NCBI RefSeq assembly: GCF_001194135.2
Contig: NC_068997.1
Location: 32,513,043-32,560,109 of the forward strand
DNA length: 47,067 nucleotides
Direction: 5' to 3'
Origin: Octopus bimaculoides
Taxonomy: Eukaryota
This document shows positions 37,115 through 47,067 of the stretch, piece by piece (the first letter of the stretch is position 1; each line of letters begins with the position of its first letter). Under the pieces are notes generated by a model, which was given only the letters and a program-made list of their open reading frames with translations, did not search any database and was not told the origin of the DNA. A program made the position numbers and the translations under genes.

Positions 37115-37332
37115 TATTAGTTTCAAATTTTGGCACAAGACCAGCTATTTCGAGAGGAGGAGCTAGTCGATTGAATCAAATCTCAGTACTCAACTGGTAT
37201 TTATTTACTCGACCTCGAAGGATGAAAGGTAAAGTCGACCTCGGCGGAATTTGAACTCAGAACGTTAAGACGGACGAAACGCCGCTAAGCATTTTCTCCG
37301 GTGTGTTAACGATTCTGCCAGCTCGCAGCCTT
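37115..37332 (-). mobile_element. SINE family A
   Basis: Reverse complement of the family A consensus. Confidence 0.88.
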
Positions 37333-37379
37333 AACAAGTGCTAATATAATACATGTATCCTGATAGCTTAGTAGGTAAG

Positions 37380-37535
37380 TATGTTCAATAGCTGCATGGC
37401 TAATTTCCAGCCATGTGGTTTCCGGTTCAGTGCTATGGAGCAGCAACTTGGGTGAACGTCGATTTGTTCGATTAAACTCGTCGAGCCAGTGCCACAGCAA
37501 GGCTGCAATACAATAACTGAAACAAGCCAAAGAGA
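37380..37535 (+). mobile_element. Degenerate, deleted SINE family B
   Basis: CCATGTGGTTTCCGGTTCAGT head joined to an ACTGAAACAAG tail. Confidence 0.55.
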
Positions 37536-37569
37536 AACGATGATAAATCTGATTCAGTTATTGTTAAGA

Positions 37570-37990
37570 TCTTTTATCTTTTACTTGTTTCAGCCATTAG
37601 ACTACGGCCATGCTGGAGCACCGCTTTGAAGAATTTCTAGTCGAATGTATCAACTCCAAGGCCTTTTTTTTTAAAGCCTGGTACTTATTCTATCGGACTC
37701 TTTTGTCGAACCGCTGATTTACGGGGACGTAAACACACTGATAAAGGACTAGCACAGACACAAAGACACATTCACATACCCTCACGTACGCACGCACGCA
37801 CGCTCGCATGCACGCTCGCACGCACACACACACGACGGGCTTCTTTCAGTTTCTGTTTACCAAATCCACTGACAAGCTTTTGGTCGGCCTGAGGCTGTAA
37901 CAGAAGACAATTGCCCAAGATGTCACGCAATGGAACTGAGCCCGGAACCATGTGGTTAGGAAGCAAGCTTCTTATCACATACCCACTCTT
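37570..37990 (-). mobile_element. Full-length SINE family B
   Basis: Reverse complement of the family B consensus. Confidence 0.88.
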
Positions 37991-38887
37991 GCGTCTATGG
38001 TATAGTGAGCTATGTCATAAAGAATGTAGAAAAAAAATACTTATTCATTGACCAATGCTTTTTTATTCGGTTGGTAAGGACGAAACGCAATGTCAGACAC
38101 GTTTTGGTCTTATTTGATGGACTTTCTCAGCGAAGTATAGTCTGTGCCGTGCTTAACAAAATATCAAGTAGAGAAACATCAAATACTTGAAGAATAATCT
38201 CCATTGTAATAAAAAAAAATTCAAAGAATAAATCATTCTTAGACACATGAAACAAGAATAATTAAAACTTAGTGTTCGCATATTTAATTGGATCGTACCA
38301 AAAAGCTAATTAGAAATAAAAATGATGTTGTCTAATAAGTAAAATTTATACAAATGTTCACGAACTTAAGCACGTGGAGACCGATAATACCACGAAAATA
38401 ATTATTGCGTGTAGAAGTATATGTGTATATGATGTGTTTCTGTGAATATATGTGAGGGTATGCGCGCGTATACTTACATACTAACATGTATACAAGCATA
38501 CATACATGCTAACATGTGTGCATCTACGTAAGCACTTCCCACACACATATGTATATATGTATTCGTATATATATATATGTGCTTGTGTGTGTGTGTACAC
38601 ACACACACACATATATATATGCATACATGTATGTATATCCTCAGAGTCACGAGGTGAGTAAATAGGAGTTGATAACTCCCGAAGGGGTTCAATTCTTTCA
38701 ATCGTATAGAGAGAGCAGATTCGGTTCACTTGTATCTACTGCTCTATACCCGTCTACTTTTACAGACGTACACACGCACGCACGCACACACACACACACA
38801 CACACATACACACACACACAAACACGCACACACACACACACACGCACAAACATGTATATACATATATAATATACGTATGTATATATA

Positions 38888-38919
<32 letters not shown>

Positions 38920-39253
38920 NNNNNNNNNNNNNNNNNNNNNNNNNNNNNNNNNNNNNNNNNNNNNNNNNNNNNNNNNNNNNNNNNNNNNNNNNNNNNNNNN
39001 NNNNNNNNNNNNNNNNNNNNNNNNNNNNNNNNNNNNNNNNNNNNNNNNNNNNNNNNNNNNNNNNNNNNNNNNNNNNNNNNNNNNNNNNNNNNNNNNNNNN
39101 NNNNNNNNNNNNNNNNNNNNNNNNNNNNNNNNNNNNNNNNNNNNNNNNNNNNNNNNNNNNNNNNNNNNNNNNNNNNNNNNNNNNNNNNNNNNNNNNNNNN
39201 NNNNNNNNNNNNNNNNNNNNNNNNNNNNNNNNNNNNNNNNNNNNNNNNNNNNN

Positions 39254-39284
<31 letters not shown>

Positions 39285-39339
39285 AATAAGATAATTGCAC
39301 CTCATTAATAAAACACAAATATCAGTCATAAGTACAATC

Positions 39340-39354
39340 ACCATGACCACCACC

Positions 39355-39388
<34 letters not shown>

Positions 39389-39826
39389 TAATCGTCGTCG
39401 TCGTCGTCGTCGTCACCAGCTTCACAACTCCGTTTCACCATCCCACTCCACCGCCAAGTAATTCATGAATCGCAAGTTCAATGCAGGGTGTCCAGTTATC
39501 AATAGCCTGACTCAGCAGATAAGGCCAAGCTGCTGTGCGGTGGTGCCACCTAGTGGTGGCATTGTTAATCAAGTGATGTGATAGTGATATGGCAGTGTGT
39601 GTGGTGGTGGTAATGATGGTGGTGGTTGTGGTTTTAGTGGGAGGGGGGTCGGAGGTGGAGTGTTGTTGTGGTGGGGGTAGTTAAACCTGTTGATAGTCTT
39701 GGGTGGATGCAGCCATCATTTGCTGAAGGAGTGGATATGTGTGTGTGTGTGTGTGTGCGTGAATGTGTGTGTCTTTGTGTGTGTGCGTGTATGTGTGTGT
39801 AGTAGCAGTAGTAACAGCAGCAGCAA

Positions 39827-39882
<56 letters not shown>

Positions 39883-39960
39883 AGTGGTGGTGGTGGTGGT
39901 AGTGGCGGTGGTTGCAGTTGTGGAGGTCATGATGGTAGTCGTAACAGTATTAAGAGGAAC
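39340..39960. repeat. Trinucleotide/dinucleotide microsatellite cluster (CAC, CAT, CGT, GT, AGT, GGT) around a unique core
   Basis: Direct inspection. Confidence 0.9.
39543..39556 (-). promoter_or_regulatory. CTCF-like motif
   Basis: Minus strand CCACTAGGTGGCAC fits the CCASYAGRKGGCRS consensus; motif match only. Confidence 0.35.
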
Positions 39961-40229
39961 NNNNNNNNNNNNNNNNNNNNNNNNNNNNNNNNNNNNNNNN
40001 NNNNNNNNNNNNNNNNNNNNNNNNNNNNNNNNNNNNNNNNNNNNNNNNNNNNNNNNNNNNNNNNNNNNNNNNNNNNNNNNNNNNNNNNNNNNNNNNNNNN
40101 NNNNNNNNNNNNNNNNNNNNNNNNNNNNNNNNNNNNNNNNNNNNNNNNNNNNNNNNNNNNNNNNNNNNNNNNNNNNNNNNNNNNNNNNNNNNNNNNNNNN
40201 NNNNNNNNNNNNNNNNNNNNNNNNNNNNN

Positions 40230-40266
<37 letters not shown>

Positions 40267-42047
40267 GCAGACAGGCAGGTAGACAGGTAGATACATACAT
40301 ACATACGTACATACATAGAAAGGTGGACAAACAGGTAAATACACTAATAATACTGATAAATAAGGAGACAGGAAGATAGCAAAATATATGGCGTGCGCAT
40401 ATGTACAGATACGAACAAAGAATCACACACATACACACACTGGGAGAGAGAGAGGCATACATATATACACGCACAAAGCACACACGTATGCACACACACA
40501 CACACATACTTTGTATATTTGTGCGTGTGTGTATGTTTGTGTATGTGTGTGTGTATGTGTGTGTGTTTGTGTGTGCGCAAGCATTACATGCAATAAAGAT
40601 ATAGAGCTAACAGAACGAACAGGCATAGACAGACAGACAGTGAGACAGGCAGACAGAGGTATAGGGTGGAGCGGTGATGTGTGATTATACAAGTTAAGTA
40701 TAGAAAATCTGCCAACTGTTGACAAGACATGCAGTAAAAGTACACCTAGCATATTAACGTCGGAAGTGAAGTATACATGTGAAGTGTACGGTATAGTGTT
40801 GGTGGCGATGGTGGTAGTGTCGGCGGGTTGTAGCGGCGGTTTGACGTGTATCTGGGTTGTGGGACGACTCTGTATTGCTAAAACAATAAACATCGACTGA
40901 TATTAGTGGTCCTGGGAGATATTATGTATAAGAAAAACAAGCGAATGGGTGGCAGTGTGGGAAAGAAGACAAAAAAAAATAATAAAAAAGAAAGAAAGAA
41001 AACGAATTGAGGAAAAGAAACAAAAAAAACATACCTTTTTGGGTGGAAGTTATATTGATGGTGAATGTGAGTGTGTGTTTGGTGGTAATGGTGGAGGGGT
41101 ATAGGATCGGGTGGTGGCTTGTTATATTGACATGTACATATCGGAGCTAGGTTTCTCGTAAGTTAGAAACGATAGGATAAGGGGCGAGTAACACCACGGC
41201 CGGTCAAGGATGTCTAAAGTACAAAGGTGCACAGGTAGGGAGAAAGTAGGGTTCACCTGTTTCTAGTGGAAGCCATAATAATTGTATAAGACGTCACTCG
41301 ATTTACCCGTATGGCAGTGGTATTAGGGAGTACTTACTGGTCGGGGGTTAACATTAGAAGGAAGGGTAAGAATTTGTAAAAGGTATGATGGGTTGAGGGA
41401 GTTCAACTGGTACATCTGTTTGGAGTCCCAGAGGCGGAAAAGAGACCCATTGCTGTTTGCTGAGTCCCTCTCTAAAATAAACAAATAAATAGATAAATAA
41501 AATTATCACAGGTTCCCTTGAATTTTAAGAGAGTACTTTTCTTTCCTTGGCCTAAATGTTTTCATTTTCCAAATTTCTCTCGCTCCCCAACCTCCCCGAC
41601 CCTGATTACAGGATACCTTGGGGTCACATGTTTTCTTTGGCACCAGATCAACTCGCATGCCACAGTCTATGATCAGTCATTCCTACCATGTCCATCTCGA
41701 CTTTTGCTACATCAATGACTAACAAAATGCAGCCTGTCATTTGTTTTCCTTTTTTTCGTGATCGTCGAGGGAGAGTTGGTCGCCAAACAGCGGCCTGGAG
41801 ACTCGAGTTGGCTTGCAGTGCAATAGTTCTGACGTGATCAAGACGAAGGTGGGATGTAGTTATAACAATAAACAAAGCCAGACTTCGGCTTAAGCTAATC
41901 CATATCGCAAATAAATAAATTTATGATGAATGACAGTGGTAATTGATCTCGTTAGTAATTAAGAGGCCATTTCATTACCGTTAAAAGCAACAGTACCAAC
42001 GCTCTCTCTCTCCCACCTTCTTAATGTTTGTGTATTTGCGAGCGGGC

Positions 42048-42113
<66 letters not shown>

Positions 42114-42123
42114 NNNNNNNNNN

Positions 42124-42173
<50 letters not shown>

Positions 42174-42552
42174 ATGTACATACATGCATGCATACATATA
42201 TATATATGTCTGAATATATGCATACATACTTGCATTCATACATACATACGTACGAACGCACATACGTACGTACATTCATACATACATACGTACTTACGTA
42301 CGTACATTCAGACATACATACGTACTTACGTACGTACATACATACATACATATCTGGAGATTCTACAACAATAGATGCAAGCGCTAATATTTATAAAAAC
42401 ATGTGACATATTAATAAAAATCTGTAAATGTACAAGATACCTGACTACCTTATTATTTTTTTCTAATATATAATTCCTGTACATCACCTCCAAAGCTTCC
42501 AATATANNNNNNNNNNNNNNNNNNNNNNNNNNNNATATATATATATATATAC

Positions 42553-42658
42553 AAGGCTTTGGTCAGCCCCGGGCCATAGTAGAAGACACATGCCCAACGT
42601 GCCATGCAGTGGGACTGAACCCGAAATCAAACTTCTTACCACACAGCCACGCATGCGC
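42553..42658 (-). mobile_element. 5' fragment of SINE family B
   Basis: Head plus CORE-like segment. Confidence 0.78.
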
Positions 42659-42865
42659 CAATATAGTTTATATTTCCTGCAACTTATATTTATTAAAGTC
42701 TACAAATACTACGTTCTGTATTTAGTGCAGTTTATATTTACTATTCTCTAGGTTTACTACAATCTATATTTGATTATAGTCGACATTTATTACAGTCTAT
42801 ATCTATCATACTCCATATTGACTATATTTGCTACCATCTTTATTTAATATATTCTTTTTTTTTCT

Positions 42866-43052
42866 GCAGAAACGTTAGCACGCCGGGTGACATGCTTAAC
42901 GGTATTTGGTCTGTTTTTACATTCTGTGTTCAAATTCCGCCGAGGTCGGCTTTCATCCTTTCGGGATTGATAAATTAAGTACCAGTTGCGTACTGGGGTC
43001 TAATCGACTGCCCCTCCCTAAAAATTTCGGGCCTTGTACCTAGAGTAGAAAA
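42866..43052 (+). mobile_element. SINE family A
   Basis: GCAGAAACGTTAGCACGCCGGG...GTTCAAATTCCGCCGAGGTCG...CCTAGAGTAGAAAA. Confidence 0.88.
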
Positions 43053-43602
43053 TAATATATTCTTTATTTTCTAGTGTTTCATTTATTACGATCCATATTT
43101 AATAAACTCAGCATTTACTGAAATATGGACAATCTTTCTTTCTCTCCTTTCATTCATTTTCTTCTCACCTTTCTTTCGTCTCTCATTATTTTTGTCTTTG
43201 TCTTTCTCATTCTCTTCTTTGTCTTTGTCCGTTACTCTTACTCCTATATTCGACCCACTCCCGCCTGTCTTGTTTTTTGTTTGTTTGTTTGTTTCTACAT
43301 TTTCTCATTCTTCACAAACCATTTCTTTCTATTTAATTGAAGCCCTGTTATCAATTCGTAATTTATTTATTTATTTTTATCTTTGACAAGATTCCTTTCC
43401 AATTCTGCAACATTTAATAGTTTACAATAAACAGCAAAAAAAAAATTGTCATAAAAGACTCAATTAGTGTAGACTAATAAAGAAAGTTAATTGGAGATGT
43501 GTGACAGGTACAATGAATATATTATGAAATAAATTACAAGAACTTAAAAGAATGACAAGATTTGAACACGATTCATATTAACGTGAATAAAATTATTTTG
43601 GT

Positions 43603-43971
43603 CGCCATTTTCGGAAGTTCTCTCAACTGACTTCTGTTTCCACTTCTGTCGTCAGAACTAATCATAAGCTGTATTTATTCAAGGTGACAGAGTACATGAA
43701 ACGTGTGATCCAAATGTTTCGCTTCTAAAATTACTTGCTACAATTGTATAGTGCTGCAAAATACATAAACCTTGTGTAAAGGATGTTGTTTTTTTTTATA
43801 ACGCACTTGTTGACAACCAAAGCATAGACATAACTCCTACTCTAATATCCATGTTGTTTAAATTCATCACCAACACAACCACACCCTGGTACATTCATAT
43901 CCTATGTTATACGAGCACCGCCGGACTTACAGTATCCGGAAGTGGGATCTATTTCGTTTGTCAGGCATTGG
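43603..43971. promoter_or_regulatory. Promoter-like motif cluster (YY1, two ETS, CCAAT)
   Basis: CGCCATTTT 43603-11, CGGAAGT 43612-18, CCGGAAGTG 43936-44, ATTGG 43967-71; motif matches only. Confidence 0.3.
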
Positions 43972-46011
43972 CTATTGAAAGCTGTTCACTCCTTTATCTT
44001 CTTTCGTAAAGAGAGGAGGCTGCATGTCACAACGAATTATTAGCACATATATATCACAATCAGCTTGGCATTTGACAGGGGTTTTGCTGCCTTATTATAC
44101 AGGAAAGAGATTGCAGTGCTTAAGACCCAAACTAGACGTCAAAGAAAAGAAAAAGAAGATGATGATATTGTCAATGTTGCGAAAATTTAAAAACCATGCA
44201 GGTTACACATAAACGGCCCTGACAAGTTCCATGTGTGCTGCCTGCCGACCATCTGTGGTTTCTTATGGAAGAATGAAATTAAAAATTTAAAAATAGCTAC
44301 AAATTGCAATCCGACGAGGGAGCATGTACATGGTTAACCATCCAGGTACAAAATTAACCTGAAATCTTCATCTTGTCACACTATATACTATCTAAAAAGG
44401 GAGGGCTTAGTGGTGAATGTAGTTCTAGATATAAGAAACCTAGTGGCACGGCTGGAACGCCTTTGGGTGTAGATCTGCCATGAGCAGGTCAACCTCTGGG
44501 CTAAATAACAATAATCACATGTCACATATGTGTGTAGAGTTAACAAAATGGCCGATTGAATGAAATCTTAGTCCAGGGATATGATCCTAGCTTTTTGTAA
44601 GCACTTGTTTTTAGAGGAAGAGGTTACCCGCGTGGCCTTCGTGGGCTCTCCGGGACTCTCCAGCATTGATACCATTCTCGTTTCACTAGAACTGTTGCAA
44701 GTTGGCAGATGCAACGAAGGAAGTCCAGAGTTTTGAGATAGGACTCTGTGTAGTGAGTAGTGCGAGGGACGGAGGTAGGAGTTAACACAATATGAGTGAC
44801 GACAGACGACACCGACTCACTGGGAGGAGCATGGGCCATAAGATTAATATGAGAATGGCGGGAGAAGGAGGGAGAGAGAGAGACTCGATGATCTTGAATA
44901 AGGAATAGATGCATTATATAAATGAAGTCCGAAATACTCTTGAAATGACAGGACAGTCACAGATGGAATGCATTTGATAATAGCAACAACAGAGTAAAGA
45001 TAACTATAGGTCTATGGAAATCATAGCTACTCTGGTAATTCGAATCTAGGAATATTTTTAGGAATAAGTCAAATGCAGCACCAAAATAGAAGTGCAGTAA
45101 CACATTGTCCTATCTTTTCAATAGTAACTGCCTTTCGTGAGGACTAATATACCGGAATCAAATATCATCTGAAGATATCAAGAGGAATTATAACGATGTC
45201 ATTTTATTTTAACATCAATCATATACATATACATATATATGTAATATAAATATTATCATATAATTCAGAAACAGAAGAAAATACACTTGATTATCACAAG
45301 CTTGAAAAAGAATGCAAATAGTCTACAGTTGAAACTGTAGCATCAGAGAAATAAATCCTTTTAGCATTGGCTTTGAAAAAAATACAAGAAATAAGAGACT
45401 CAGATTAGTTTTGCATTATAATGCATAAAGCTCCGTTGAATACCTTCTTTTTGCCCATTCAAAACATTGGTAACAGCGAAACACACAGCAGTTAATCATG
45501 TATATATTAAACATGTAACCCGATTATTTTCCTTCCTACCTCATTAAAAAAAAATTCTGCTCCTACCGTTGATACCATCATGCTGTATACACACAAATGC
45601 AAAGCAGAAAATATATCACGCCACACGTATAGAAACCACTAACCATGCACAGAATGTATGATGCATATCAAATGCATATTGGCTGCAGTACAGAGGGAAA
45701 CATTAAAACTTTCGTAAAACAGTACGAAAATCAACAATGCAGAAAATGCATTACGCTAATCAATAAATTACATCCTATAATATGTTGTAGAAACGCTAAA
45801 TTTGAAGCCCTTATCAGTAAAAAACATGTAAACTTACAAAGAAGCTACTAATGCCTAGTGTGATCTATAAAATCGATAATAAAAGTGAAAATTGTAAACT
45901 TCTGTGATATTGGTTATACAAGTGCAACACCTGCTAGCGCGTAGATCTGGGAAAAATCGCGATGCACTACATGGCACACAGAGAACAAGGCTAAATAGGA
46001 AAGTGTTATAT

Positions 46012-46158
46012 TTTATCTTTTACTTCTTCCATGACTGCAGCCATGCTGGGGCATCACCTTGGGGAATTTTAGTCGAACTACTCCATCCCAGTTCTTGTTT
46101 TCTTTTTAAGTCTGATATTTATTCTATCGGTGTCTCTTACCGAACCGCTAAGTTAAGG
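46012..46158 (-). mobile_element. 3' fragment of SINE family B
   Basis: Tail sequence GACTGCAGCCATGCTGGGGCA...CGAACCGCTAAGTT in reverse orientation. Confidence 0.75.
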
Positions 46159-46400
46159 TAACCAGTATTATAACCCCCACCCCGGCAAATCAGTGCACAG
46201 GACCCTATTGTATTTACGAATTGACAGCCAGCCATAACATTTATAGAGCAGAATTAGGACCCCAGACTCGTATGGTCCCCCTGGGCAACTATCACTATAG
46301 CTCTGTGATAAAAGGGCGCTGTATATTGGTCTTGCCCATCATTAAGAAATGGTAATATATGCCAACATTCCTTCAATCAGAAGAGGAGACAACGAGGTCT

Positions 46401-46433
<33 letters not shown>

Positions 46434-46994
46434 NNNNNNNNNNNNNNNNNNNNNNNNNNNNNNNNNNNNNNNNNNNNNNNNNNNNNNNNNNNNNNNNNNN
46501 NNNNNNNNNNNNNNNNNNNNNNNNNNNNNNNNNNNNNNNNNNNNNNNNNNNNNNNNNNNNNNNNNNNNNNNNNNNNNNNNNNNNNNNNNNNNNNNNNNNN
46601 NNNNNCACATATACACACACTCAGTAAAAGTATACGTAAATATATATTAGTGTGCGTGTGACCTTGTGTGCGTCTGTGCATGCATGAGTGTGTGCATGCG
46701 TGCGTGTGTGCATGCGTACGTGTGTGCATGCGTACGTGTGTGTGTGTGTGTGTGTGTAAGTGTGCAGCAATTATGTTGAATGTTTGGGATTTGATAAGCA
46801 TGACAGCCTAGACATTTTCCTAATGCTACGATGAGCGGCTTTTCTACAGTCAAAACAACTAAGAGGACTCATTACACCGATTAACATTTGTCAGGATTTG
46901 AGTAAGAGTGTGCGTGTATGTGTGTATGTCTGTCTGTCTGTATGTATGTATGTATGTATGTATGTATGTATGTGTATTGATATATACATATACA

Positions 46995-47040
46995 CGGTGG
47001 TGCATCAGCATGGCCGCAGCTCTAAGCTGAAACTATATAA
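46995..47040 (+). mobile_element. 3' tip of SINE family B
   Basis: CGGTGGTGCATCAGCATGGCCGCAG...CTGAAAC followed by an A-run. Confidence 0.6.
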
Positions 47041-47067
47041 AAAAAAATTTTTTTTTTTAAATATACA

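Noticed and set aside
38076-38125. GGACGAAAC-GCAAU-GUC-AGAC...GUCU partial hammerhead
   Set aside because: No CUGANGA in register and no stem II partner.
41040-41420. Possible PLE GIY-YIG-region remnant on the minus strand
   Set aside because: Only vague motif resemblance; cannot be supported without an HMM search.

Overview
Repeat-saturated, AT-rich animal DNA from a gapped short-read assembly (about 17 N-runs). It is most likely an octopus or other coleoid cephalopod, inferred from the two tRNA-derived SINE families and the extreme microsatellite load. No intact protein-coding gene can be supported, and nearly all ORF-track entries are microsatellite or N-gap artefacts. Recognisable content is decayed mobile DNA: three Tc1/mariner transposons, an internally deleted Helitron, RTE, R4/Dong-like and Penelope-like (PLE) retroelement remnants, hAT- and TA-type MITEs, and about 20 SINE copies. 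The most interesting signals are structural. There are two hammerhead-ribozyme-like folds (1303-1374, an extended type I; 35366-35419, a minimal PLE-type motif inside a 250-bp palindrome), several long fold-back palindromes and inverted SINE pairs, inverted duplications centred on (TA)n tracts, and an 83-bp locally templated insertion in a LINE. A few splice-site and promoter-like signals hint at an unidentified host transcript but are unconfirmed. Boundaries of decayed repeats are approximate.
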